Source: Planctomycetota bacterium
GTDB taxonomy: Bacteria > Planctomycetota > UBA1135 > UBA2386
Assembly (NCBI GenBank): GCA_965228735.1
Contig: OZ245838.1
Coordinates: 672,001 to 736,000 of the forward strand
Length of the DNA: 64,000 nucleotides
Direction of reading: 5' to 3'
The translations under genes were made by a program, and so were the position numbers. The notes below the pieces were generated by a model. That model searched no databases. It was not told the DNA's origin and saw only the letters and a list, made by a program, of their open reading frames with translations. Below, one piece after another: positions 9,650 through 18,798 of this stretch. How positions within the stretch are numbered: the stretch's first letter is position 1; each line of letters begins with the position of its first letter.

Positions 9650-10993
9650 ATGCAACGCATGAGCATCAGCGAGAACGATTTCCAAGGGAGCTCCGAAACC
9701 TCGTCGTCGGATGGCGGCGGGGGTCCTGACCGCAAGCGCTGGCGCGGCGGGCGTCGGCGGCGCCGGCGTCGCGGTGGCGGCGGCGGTGGCGGCGGCGGCG
9801 GCGGCGGTGGGGGCGGCGGCGGAGGGGGCGGCGGCGGCCCCATCGAGGTCGAAGGCCCGACCGAAGAAGCCGTTGGCGTGCTCGAATACACCAAGGAGGG
9901 CAACGGCTGGCTGCGCAAGCGCGAGAACAGCTTCATGCCCGACGAGATCCCCAACGGCGACACGTTCGTCCCGTCGTCGCTGATCCGGCAGCACCGCCTG
10001 CAGGAAGGCAGCGAGATCATCGGCCAGGCCGGCCTGCCCAACCGCGGTCCGCAGCGCTACACGATGACGGAGATCACGACCGTCGACGGGATGGAGCCCG
10101 AAGAACGGCGCGAGGCCACGACGTTCCGCAACCTCACGGTCATCGACCCGGAGCCGATGTTCCAGCTCGCGCCTGGCGACGACGACGTCAGCCTGCGCAT
10201 CGTCGACCTGCTGTGTCCGCTCGGCTACGGCCAGCGCGGCCTCGTCGTCGCGCCGCCGCGCTCGGGCAAGACGGTCCTGATGCAGAAGATCTGCAACGCG
10301 ATCAGCGAGCGCTACCCCGACGTGCACATGATGGTGCTGCTCATCGACGAGCGGCCCGAAGAGGCGACCGGCTGGCGGCGCAGCGTCGAGGGCGAGAATC
10401 GCGAGGTGCTCGTGAGCACGCTCGACGAGGGCCCCAAACACCACATCGCGGTCAGCGAGATCTGCATGAAGCGCGCGCACCGTCTCGTCGAGACGGGCCG
10501 CGACGTCGTGATCCTGCTCGACTCGATCACGCGATTGACCCGCGCCTACAACAGCGCGATGGGCGGCCGCGGCGGCGGCACGATGTCGGGCGGCCTCGGC
10601 AGCAAGGTGCTCGAGGCGCCGAAGAAGTTCTTCGGTTCGGCTCGCAAGTGCGAGGAGGGCGGCTCGCTCACGATCCTCGCCACGACGCTCGTCGACACCG
10701 GTTCGCGCATGGACCAGGTCATCTTCGAGGAGTTCAAGGGCACCGGCAACATGGAGCTCGTGCTCAACCGGCAGCTCGCCGAACGCCGCATCTTCCCGGC
10801 GATCGACATCGAGGCGTCGGGCACGCGCAAGGAGGAGCTGCTGCTCGGTCCCGACAACACGCAGCGCATCTACACGCTGCGCCGCGTGCTCTCGCGCATG
10901 AACGCGCTCGACGCGATGCCGCTCCTCATCGACCGCCTGATGAAGACCGACGGCAACCAGGACTTCCTCGATTCGTTCCGGCTGGACGAGTAG
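9650..10993 (+). CDS. rho: Transcription termination factor Rho with low-complexity N-terminus
   Basis: GYGQRGLVVAPPRSGKT, LLIDERPEE, LDSITRL, EEFKGTGNMEL, SGTRKEELL; start at 9650 or 9659. Confidence 0.95.
   Translation: MQRMSISENDFQGSSETSSSDGGGGPDRKRWRGGRRRRRRRGGGGGGGGGGGGGGGGGGGGGGPIEVEGPTEEAVGVLEYTKEGNGWLRKRENSFMPDEIPNGDTFVPSSLIRQHRLQEGSEIIGQAGLPNRGPQRYTMTEITTVDGMEPEERREATTFRNLTVIDPEPMFQLAPGDDDVSLRIVDLLCPLGYGQRGLVVAPPRSGKTVLMQKICNAISERYPDVHMMVLLIDERPEEATGWRRSVEGENREVLVSTLDEGPKHHIAVSEICMKRAHRLVETGRDVVILLDSITRLTRAYNSAMGGRGGGTMSGGLGSKVLEAPKKFFGSARKCEEGGSLTILATTLVDTGSRMDQVIFEEFKGTGNMELVLNRQLAERRIFPAIDIEASGTRKEELLLGPDNTQRIYTLRRVLSRMNALDAMPLLIDRLMKTDGNQDFLDSFRLDE
9752..9838 (+). repeat. Arg7-Gly22 low-complexity tract in rho
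   Basis: 7 Arg codons (9752-9772) followed by 22 Gly codons (9773-9838) with mixed synonymous codons. Confidence 0.95.
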
Positions 10994-11128
10994 CGCGCCG
11001 CGCGCACGAGTGACCCCGGGCCGCGACCGCTGCTATGGGCGATGGGGTCGCGGCCCCCGCAAACTTCCCTTGCCGATTCCGGAGTTCTGACGGGTCGGCA
11101 TCGTTCCTCGCCAGATTTTCGAGGCAGC

Positions 11129-12082
11129 ATGATCGAGGTTCAGGTTCTCGAGAAGTCGTATGGCTTCGCCCGCGCGCTGAAGGGCATCTCCTTTTCGGTG
11201 CAGAAGGGCGAGGTCATCGGATTCCTCGGTCCCAACGGGGCCGGCAAGTCGACGACGATGAAGATCCTCACCGGCTACCTCCTGCCCACGGGCGGGTCGG
11301 CGTCGGTCGCGGGGCTCGACGTCGTCGATCATTCGCTCAAGGTGCGCCGCAGCATCGGCTACCTGCCCGAGACCACGCCGCTCTACGGCGAGATGCGGGT
11401 CGACGACTACCTGCGCTTCGTCGCGGAGATCCGCGGCGTCGGCTTCGGCAAGCGCAAGGCCGCGATCGCGCGCGCCGTCGAGCTCTGCGGGCTCCAGCGG
11501 GTCACCGGCAAGAACATCAACGAGCTGTCCAAGGGTTACCGGCAGCGCGTCGGGCTCGCCCAGGCGATCGTCCACGAGCCGCCCGTGCTCGTGCTCGACG
11601 AGCCGACCTCGGGTCTCGATCCCAACCAGATCGTCGAGGTGCGCAAGCTCATCCGGCGGCTCGGCGAGGAGCACACGGTCGTGCTCAGCACGCACTACCT
11701 GCAAGAGGTCGAGAAGAGCTGCTCGCGCGTGATCATCATCAACCAGGGCGACATCGTCGCGGACGGCACGCAGGGCGAGCTCATCGCGCAGCGACCGGCC
11801 GGCGGGCTGCGCGCGCGCGTGCGCGGGCCGCAGGACCAGGTGCTGGCGCGGGTGCAGGAGTCGTTGCCCGGCTGTGACGCCAAGGTCGTCGGCCAGGCCG
11901 GTGACGCCGTCGACTACGAACTGTCGGCCGGCACCGATTCGGCGCCCGTCGAGCAGGCGTTCAGCCGGCTCGTCGTGCAGAACGGCTGGGACCTGCTCGA
12001 GCTCGTGCGCGAACGCGCGACCCTCGAGGACGTGTTCCGTTCCCTGACGCAGGAAGCCGCCCGGGAGGCCCTCCATGCTTGA
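11129..12082 (+). CDS. ABC transporter ATP-binding protein (GldA-like)
   Basis: Walker A GPNGAGKST, signature LSKGYRQR, Walker B LVLDEP, STH. Confidence 0.93.
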   Translation: MIEVQVLEKSYGFARALKGISFSVQKGEVIGFLGPNGAGKSTTMKILTGYLLPTGGSASVAGLDVVDHSLKVRRSIGYLPETTPLYGEMRVDDYLRFVAEIRGVGFGKRKAAIARAVELCGLQRVTGKNINELSKGYRQRVGLAQAIVHEPPVLVLDEPTSGLDPNQIVEVRKLIRRLGEEHTVVLSTHYLQEVEKSCSRVIIINQGDIVADGTQGELIAQRPAGGLRARVRGPQDQVLARVQESLPGCDAKVVGQAGDAVDYELSAGTDSAPVEQAFSRLVVQNGWDLLELVRERATLEDVFRSLTQEAAREALHA

Positions 12083-12812
12083 TACCGCCGTCATCCTGCG
12101 ACGCGAGCTGAAGAGCTACTTCCTCTCGCCGATCGCCTACGTCTTCGGCGTGCTGCTGCTCGGTGTCCTGCTGTTCTTCGCGTCGCGCTCGCTCATGGAC
12201 GGCGCGCCCGCGACGATGCAGGGCTTCTTCGCGCTGCTGCCGCTGATCCTCGTGGTCTTCGTGCCCGGCCTCACGATGCGGCTGTGGGCCGAGGAGCAGA
12301 AGCTCGGCACGATCCAGCTCCTGATGACGTTCCCGGTGCGGACGTTCGAGCTCGTGCTCGGCAAGTTCTTCGCGGCCGTCATCTTCCTCGCGTTCATCCT
12401 CGCGCTCACGTTCGGGCTGCCGCTCACGATCGGTGCCTACGGCGAGATCGACTGGGTGCCGACGCTCGGTGCCTACGTCGCGAGCGTGCTGTTCGCGAGC
12501 AGCTTCATCGCGGTCGGCATGTTCTGGTCGAGCACGACCTCGGACCAGATCGTCGCGCTGCTGCTGTCCCTCGTGTCGCTCGCGGTGCTCTACGCGCTCG
12601 GCTACCCGGTGCTCATCGACCTGCTCACGGGTGCGGGCTGGGTGCCGGGTTGGTTCATCGACATCGTGAACGGCATCAGCCCGTTCAAGTACTTCGTCAG
12701 CATCTCGCGCGGTGTCATCGACACGCGCGACATCGTCTACTTCGCCTGTTTCTGCGGGTTCTTCCTCTACGCCAACGCGATGGTCCTCAACGGCCGTCGT
12801 CACACGGGGTGA
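12075..12812 (+). CDS. ABC-2 type permease (GldF-like)
   Basis: RRELKSYFLSPIAY, TMRLWAEEQKLGTIQLLMT, RGVIDTRDIVYF; 6 TM; overlaps the ATPase stop. Confidence 0.9.
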   Translation: MLDTAVILRRELKSYFLSPIAYVFGVLLLGVLLFFASRSLMDGAPATMQGFFALLPLILVVFVPGLTMRLWAEEQKLGTIQLLMTFPVRTFELVLGKFFAAVIFLAFILALTFGLPLTIGAYGEIDWVPTLGAYVASVLFASSFIAVGMFWSSTTSDQIVALLLSLVSLAVLYALGYPVLIDLLTGAGWVPGWFIDIVNGISPFKYFVSISRGVIDTRDIVYFACFCGFFLYANAMVLNGRRHTG

Positions 12813-12817
12813 TCGCC

Positions 12818-14989
12818 ATGAACCTGTCCACGAACAACGATTCGATCGATCGGCCGAAGCAGCTCGGCGGCGCGCTCGCCACGGCGGTGCATGCGCTGCT
12901 GCTCGTCGTCATCCTCGGTCAGGTCGTCTACCTCGCATCGCGCTACCGCATGCGATGGGACCTGACGTCCGATCAGCGGTGGTCCCTGACCGATTCGACG
13001 CGCAACATCGTCGAGGGTCTCAGCAAGCAACTGCTCGTCGAGGCCTACTTCAGCCCGGCCGAGGACCTGCCGGTCACGATGCGCGCGACGCGCACCGTGC
13101 TCGACAACTTCCTCGACGAGCTCACGCAGCTCGGCAAGGGCCGCGTGGTGATCCAGCGCTACGATCCCAACAGCGACAAGGCGATCAGCGACCGCTGCAC
13201 GCGCATCGGCGTCAAGCCGGTGGACCTGCGCGGGGCCTCGGCGACGTCGTTCTCCGTCGATCGCCACTGGCAGGGGCTGCGCATCGTCTTCGGCGGCAGC
13301 AAGCAGAAGGTCATCGCGCAGCTCGCGCCGCAGGCGAGCTCGCAGGCCGAGATGCTGATCACGCGCGCGATCAAGGAGGTCGTGACGACCGAGAAGACGC
13401 AGTTCGGCTACATGGAGTGGCCGGTCAGCGAGCCCGGTCAACAGCAGGGTCTCGGCTGGAACGCGCTGCGGACGATCGAGGACATCGCGCGGCGCTTCAG
13501 CTTCCAGAACTACAAGAGCGAGGACGCGCCGCTGATCCCGGAGGACGTCGACACGCTGTTCCTGTTCCGGCCGAAGGACCTGACCGATCGCGAGAAGTAC
13601 GTGCTCGATCAGTTCGTCGTCGGTGGCGGCACGCTCGTCGTGTTCGCGGACGCGAGCCAGTACCGGATCGGGCAGCAGCGCGCGTTCTCGAGCGTGCCGC
13701 TGGCACTCGACTCGGGTGACAGCAAGACATCGTTCATCGCGCAGCTCAACTCGTACGGCGTCGATTGGAAGCCCAAGGTCGTTGCCGACATGGCGCGGGT
13801 CGCGCACACGCCGCGTAACATGGGACAGGGCTACGAGTACTTCGCGGTCCCGACGCAGACGCCGTTCGGGCCCCAGATGCGGCCCGTGCCGTATCCGTAC
13901 TTCTTCCATCCGGTGCCGACCGACTGGTCCGAGCAGGCCGCGCAGTTCGCGCGTGATCCGGCGACCGGCGAGGTCGACGAGGCGATCGTCGCGCAGATCG
14001 AGAAGACTGCGAAGCCGGGCTTCCCGAACGACGAGTTCGTGTTCTCGCAGTTCAAGCGCGTGAACGCGGGCCCGGGCTTCTACTGGCCGACGTGGGTCGG
14101 CCTGCGGCGCAAGGCCGGTGGTGAGCTCGATCTGCCGGCCGGCATCGAGGGTGAGGTCCACCTGTGGTCGTCGCCGGGCGCGCTCGTCGAGGACCCGCCG
14201 CAGATGCTCAACCCGGTCGGCTTCGGCGACCCGCGGGCGCAGCAGCAGGAGCTGCAGAAGTTCTTCGCCAAGCTCAACGGCCGCTTCGCCGCGGAGCCGC
14301 GCATGCAGGCGCCGCTGATGTGTGAGGTGCGCGGCAAGTTCCGCTCGTTCTTCAGCAGTGGCGATCGCCCGCTGCGGCCGTCGGAGGTCAAGGAGCAGGA
14401 GGCCCGGGCCGCTGCCGAGGCGCGCGCGGCCGAGAAGGCCGCGGCCGAGGAAGGCGGCGAGGGTGAGGAGGCTGCTCCCGAGAAGCCCAGCCCCGAGAAG
14501 CCCAGCGCCGAAGAGGTCGGGCCGCCATCGCCGGAGGCCCCGGCCGGCGCCGACGCCGAGCCCGAGATCCCGATCGCCGACCCCGAACGCGACCGCGTCG
14601 TCGCCGCCGAGGAGCCGGGTCGGATCATCATGATCGGCGACAGCGACTTCATCCGCGACGATCTCGTGCGCGGCCAGTACGCCCAGCTCGGCGGCCCGGC
14701 GTCGCTGCGCGGCGGCGCGTTCTTCAACGGGCTGCTCGAGTGGCTGGCCGAGGACGACGACCTCGTCGCGCTGCAGGCGCGCCAGCCGATCGACCGCACG
14801 CTCAAGCTCATGGAGGATCCGCCGCCCGGCGCCGATCCGCGGGACGTCGAGCGCGACCTCAATAGAAAGACGATGGCGCTGCGCGGCGTGAACGTGCTGC
14901 TGCCGTGTCTGCTGCTCGGGGCCTTCGGCCTCATGGTGTTCCTGCTGCGCCGGAGCCAGAAGCGCAGCTTCCTCGAGTCGCTCAACTGA
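12818..14989 (+). CDS. GldG-like ABC-associated auxiliary protein
   Basis: N-terminal TM, RWDLTSDQRWSLTDST, LDQFVVGGG, IGDSDF, C-terminal TM. Confidence 0.85.
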   Translation: MNLSTNNDSIDRPKQLGGALATAVHALLLVVILGQVVYLASRYRMRWDLTSDQRWSLTDSTRNIVEGLSKQLLVEAYFSPAEDLPVTMRATRTVLDNFLDELTQLGKGRVVIQRYDPNSDKAISDRCTRIGVKPVDLRGASATSFSVDRHWQGLRIVFGGSKQKVIAQLAPQASSQAEMLITRAIKEVVTTEKTQFGYMEWPVSEPGQQQGLGWNALRTIEDIARRFSFQNYKSEDAPLIPEDVDTLFLFRPKDLTDREKYVLDQFVVGGGTLVVFADASQYRIGQQRAFSSVPLALDSGDSKTSFIAQLNSYGVDWKPKVVADMARVAHTPRNMGQGYEYFAVPTQTPFGPQMRPVPYPYFFHPVPTDWSEQAAQFARDPATGEVDEAIVAQIEKTAKPGFPNDEFVFSQFKRVNAGPGFYWPTWVGLRRKAGGELDLPAGIEGEVHLWSSPGALVEDPPQMLNPVGFGDPRAQQQELQKFFAKLNGRFAAEPRMQAPLMCEVRGKFRSFFSSGDRPLRPSEVKEQEARAAAEARAAEKAAAEEGGEGEEAAPEKPSPEKPSAEEVGPPSPEAPAGADAEPEIPIADPERDRVVAAEEPGRIIMIGDSDFIRDDLVRGQYAQLGGPASLRGGAFFNGLLEWLAEDDDLVALQARQPIDRTLKLMEDPPPGADPRDVERDLNRKTMALRGVNVLLPCLLLGAFGLMVFLLRRSQKRSFLESLN

Positions 14990-15003
14990 AGGGGGTCGAG
15001 ATC

Positions 15004-16176
15004 ATGATGAAGTCCAACGTCACCCTGCTCGTCATCGCCGGCGTGCTCGCGATCCCGACCGGGATCCAGCTCTACAGCGACGCCGAGTCGTTCGTCGACT
15101 ACTCGCGCATCCCGCTGATGTTCGACGGGCTCACGACCGAGAACGTCGGCGTGATCCAGATCGCCGTTCCGAAGGACGAGCAGCCCGCGCCCAACCCCCA
15201 GAAGCCTGATCAGAAGGTCCCGGTCGCCTACGACCAGCTCATGCTGCAGCGCGGCGAGAAGGGCTGGGTGGTGTCCCAGACGCCGCAGGCGCCGAACAAG
15301 CTCGCGGGCGCGCCGGTCAACGGCACGCGCGTCGAACGTGACGTGTTCGATCACCTGCTCAAGATCCGGGTCGATCAGCGCACGATCATCCAGGCCAACG
15401 CGACGCCCGAGCAGCTCGAGGAGTACGGCCTCGACGAGAAGAGCGCGACGCTGATCCGCTGCCGGGACAAGACCAACCAGAACGACGTCGCGGCGCTCTA
15501 CGTCGGCGCGGACGCCGCGGGCAAGCTCACCGGCACCGAGGGTGTTCGCGGCGTGTTCGTGCGGCGGCACGACAGCAACGACGTCGTGCTCTACGAGTTC
15601 GACAAGGGCTGGCTGCGCGACATCGCGACCGATCAGTGGGTCGACCGGGTGCTGCTCAAGGTCGCGCCCGAAGCCGTGACGCGGCTCTCGATCACCAATC
15701 AGTCGACGGGCGGCAAGCCGGTCGTGCTCGAACGCGAGCCCGGCAAGTCGGCGTGGACCTGCGCCGCGCCGCCGGCGGACCGCGGCGCCGTGCGTCAGGC
15801 CGAGATCGAGGGCATCCTCGCGCGGCTGCGCTACATCGCGATCACCGAGTTCCGTCGCCCGCTCCAGCAGGCCGGCAACCTCGCGGTGATGGGATTGCAG
15901 CCGCCGCAGATCCAGTTCGAGATCACGTTCAAGGACGGGGACACGGACCGGACCGCGACGTTCGCCGTTGGCAACCGACTCGACGGTGACGCGAACACCC
16001 ATTACCTCACGAGCTCGGAGGCGCCGTTCCTCATGACGTGGCCCGCCGCGATGGCGACCGCGCTGCAGCTCGACATCCCGAACGCCTGGTTCGACCCGGC
16101 CGGCGCCCCGACGAACGTCCCGGCAGCCGGCAATGGCGGCGGCGACGGCAAGAACGGCGGCGACAAGGGCAAGTGA
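15004..16176 (+). CDS. DUF4340-like protein
   Basis: N-terminal anchor, LEEYGLD motif, usual position after a GldG-like gene. Confidence 0.7.
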   Translation: MMKSNVTLLVIAGVLAIPTGIQLYSDAESFVDYSRIPLMFDGLTTENVGVIQIAVPKDEQPAPNPQKPDQKVPVAYDQLMLQRGEKGWVVSQTPQAPNKLAGAPVNGTRVERDVFDHLLKIRVDQRTIIQANATPEQLEEYGLDEKSATLIRCRDKTNQNDVAALYVGADAAGKLTGTEGVRGVFVRRHDSNDVVLYEFDKGWLRDIATDQWVDRVLLKVAPEAVTRLSITNQSTGGKPVVLEREPGKSAWTCAAPPADRGAVRQAEIEGILARLRYIAITEFRRPLQQAGNLAVMGLQPPQIQFEITFKDGDTDRTATFAVGNRLDGDANTHYLTSSEAPFLMTWPAAMATALQLDIPNAWFDPAGAPTNVPAAGNGGGDGKNGGDKGK

Positions 16177-16471
16177 CGCCTGGCGCGGGTTGACCGTGGG
16201 GGGGCAGATCGTCACCCCACAGGCCCACCCCGTTGGGGCAATCCCGTGGTCCTGAAGTCGACGAACTGCCGAGTCCCGGCGCGAGACCGGACGCCGATCG
16301 ACCGGCGCCACGGTCCGCTCGCCGCTCACGGGGGACCCCGCGGGGGCCCGAACGGACGGCAGCAGCATCGCGGTCGATGATCGCGGCCGATGACCCCACC
16401 GGCTCCTCCTTCTGAGTTGGCCGGGGTCACGGCGCGTTGCCGTGGCTCCGGCCGTTTTTATAGTGTGGGTC

Positions 16472-17893
16472 GTGCAGCCAGCGACTCCGGCAGCGAATTC
16501 GATCGACGCGGGGGCGACCGCGGAGCGCCGCCGTCTCCTGCGGTTCACCGCGCGACTGCGGCGCCATCACCTGCTGTGCGCGGGTCTCGCGGGTGCCGTC
16601 CGGGCGGCGCTCTGGTGCGCGTTGCCGGTCGCCGTCGCCGTCTGGCTGTCTCCGGGTGCGCAGTCCGCGGTCCTGAGCGGTTTGCTGTTCGCGACGCTCT
16701 TCGGCGCCGGCCTCGCCGCGTGGCGCGTGCGCGGCCTCGCCGCGGAGCAGCTGCTCGCCGTTCGCGTCGCGGCGTCCGGCAGGGGCAGTCTGCCGCGCGG
16801 CGAGGTCGAGCACGACCCCGAGCTCGCGCGACTCGGCGATGGCCTCGCGACCTGGCTCGAGCACGAACCGCGCGCCGCGTCGCGCCCGCTGCTCGGATGG
16901 CTGACGCACGAGCTCGATCGCGCGGTCGCGGCGCTGCCGGCGGGGCGGGCGCGTTCGGCCGGCTCGCGTCGACTCGGCCGGCTGCGCTGGGCGCTCGTTC
17001 TGCTCGTGTTGCTGCTGCTCGCGTGGCTGCTGCTGCAGTTCTGGCAACCGCCGTGGCCCGGTCTGCTCGGAGGGCGGCCCGATCGCGCCGCGGACGGGGC
17101 GGGTGGCGTCGCCATCGGCGCCGGCGGCGGTGTCGGCGTGCCGGGGGACTTCGGCGGCAGCGGTGGGGCCGCCGGCGAGTCCGGTGAAGGCAGCGACGGC
17201 ACGGGCACGGACGGCACCGGCTCCACCCAGCCCGACCCGAACGAGCCCGGCGCGGAGCCCGGTCCGGGGCAGCCCGATCCGAAGGTTGCGGGCGAGCAGC
17301 CGCAGCCGAACGCGCCCGCGACCGGCGAGTCGAACCCGCCCGGTCCGACGACGCCCGGAGGCGGGGACCCGCAGTCCAACGAGCCCGAGCCGAACTCGAC
17401 CGGACCTGGTCAGTCGGAAGGACCCCAACCCGAGCCACCCCAACCCGAGCAACCCCAGCCCGAGCAACCCCAGCCCGAGCAGCCCCAGCCCGAGCAGCCG
17501 CAACAAGAAGACCCGAAACCGCCCCAACCCGAGGATCCCCAGCCCGAAGACCCGAACGATCCCGACGCGGCCGGTCCGAGCGCCGAGCCCGCGCCGTTGC
17601 TCGACCTGCCGAAGGACCACCGGTTCGTCGTCCCGGAGTTCATCGGCGAGGGGCCGACGCAGCGCGTGCGGGTGCACGCGGCCGAGGTCGGCGGCTCGGG
17701 CGGAGACGGCGGCGGCAGTCAGGCCGGCGGCCAGCGTCGCGCCGCGGCCGAGCGACCCGAGAAGCCGCCGGAGCCCGACGCCGAGACCTTCCGTCGCGCC
17801 GAGGAGGCTGCGCGCGCGGCGCGCCACGTGCCGGCGGCCGAGCGACCGATCGTGCGCCGGTTCTTCGAGTTGTTGCGCGAGGCCGCGAAGTGA
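16472..17893 (+). CDS. Membrane protein with Pro/Gln/Glu/Gly-rich disordered region
   Basis: Several TM segments, PQPEQ repeats, C-terminal VPAAERPIVRRFF motif common upstream of DUF58/vWA genes; TATAGT 7 nt before the GTG. Confidence 0.7.
   Translation: MQPATPAANSIDAGATAERRRLLRFTARLRRHHLLCAGLAGAVRAALWCALPVAVAVWLSPGAQSAVLSGLLFATLFGAGLAAWRVRGLAAEQLLAVRVAASGRGSLPRGEVEHDPELARLGDGLATWLEHEPRAASRPLLGWLTHELDRAVAALPAGRARSAGSRRLGRLRWALVLLVLLLLAWLLLQFWQPPWPGLLGGRPDRAADGAGGVAIGAGGGVGVPGDFGGSGGAAGESGEGSDGTGTDGTGSTQPDPNEPGAEPGPGQPDPKVAGEQPQPNAPATGESNPPGPTTPGGGDPQSNEPEPNSTGPGQSEGPQPEPPQPEQPQPEQPQPEQPQPEQPQQEDPKPPQPEDPQPEDPNDPDAAGPSAEPAPLLDLPKDHRFVVPEFIGEGPTQRVRVHAAEVGGSGGDGGGSQAGGQRRAAAERPEKPPEPDAETFRRAEEAARAARHVPAAERPIVRRFFELLREAAK
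17423..17497 (+). repeat. 5 x 15-bp coding tandem repeat (PQPEQ)
   Basis: CCCCARCCCGAGCMR units in frame. Confidence 0.9.
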
Positions 17894-18798
17894 ATCGCCG
17901 CGGGCTCCCGGTGCTGCCGACGATCGCGGAGCCGTTCCCCGCGGCGTTCCGCGACCTGTTGCGCGAGATCCTGTCGCGCGGCCCGCGGCTGCACGGCGAC
18001 CGCGTCGAGCAGCTGCCGCGCCGCCGGGCGGCGTACGGCACGAGCGGCACGTTCGCGGGTCATCGACCCTACGTGTGCGGGGACGACCTGCGGCGGCTCG
18101 ACTGGGCCGCGTACGCGCGCAGCGACGAACTCTTCATCAAACAGCTCGAGGAAGAGGAACGGCGCGTCGCGACCATCCTGCTCGACCTGTCGCCGCGGCT
18201 CGCGGTCGGCACTCCGCCGCGCCGGCTCGCGGCGCTGCGACTCGCGGCCGTGATCGGCGGCCTCGCGCTGCGGCATCTCGACGGCCTGACGGTGATCGCG
18301 CCCGGCGCGGACGGCACCGCGGTGAGCACGTTCGCTGGCGTCGCCGACATCGACCGGCTGCTCACGGTGCTCACGGAGCTGCCGTTCGTCGACGCCGATC
18401 CGGACGCGGGCATGCCGCTCGTTCTGCGGCACGGCACGCGCGGCCGGGTGCATTGGCTCAGCGACTTCACCGATCCGCGCGCCGCCGAACGCGCGCTCGG
18501 TCTGCTGCGACGCCGCGGCGGCCGCGCGATCGGCTGGTTGCCGAGCCTGCCCGAGGACCGGGAGCCGCCGCAGCAGGGCTACGTCGAGGTCGCCGATCCC
18601 GTGACGGGCGAACGACTCGTGCTCACGGTCGACCGCGCGCTGCGGGCCGCGATGCAGCGCGAGCTCGACGTGCTGCGGCGCGCGCAGGATCGCGTGTTCG
18701 CGCAGAGCGGCTGCGCGCTCGTGCGCTGGCCCGTGCCGCCCGAGGGCGACGTGAGCTGGCGCACGTACGAGGAGGTCCTGCGACAGTGCCGGACCTGA
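17890..18798 (+). CDS. DUF58 family protein
   Basis: FAGHRPYVCGDDLRRLDWAAYAR, LFIK, ILLDLS; GTGA overlap. Confidence 0.88.
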   Translation: MNRRGLPVLPTIAEPFPAAFRDLLREILSRGPRLHGDRVEQLPRRRAAYGTSGTFAGHRPYVCGDDLRRLDWAAYARSDELFIKQLEEEERRVATILLDLSPRLAVGTPPRRLAALRLAAVIGGLALRHLDGLTVIAPGADGTAVSTFAGVADIDRLLTVLTELPFVDADPDAGMPLVLRHGTRGRVHWLSDFTDPRAAERALGLLRRRGGRAIGWLPSLPEDREPPQQGYVEVADPVTGERLVLTVDRALRAAMQRELDVLRRAQDRVFAQSGCALVRWPVPPEGDVSWRTYEEVLRQCRT

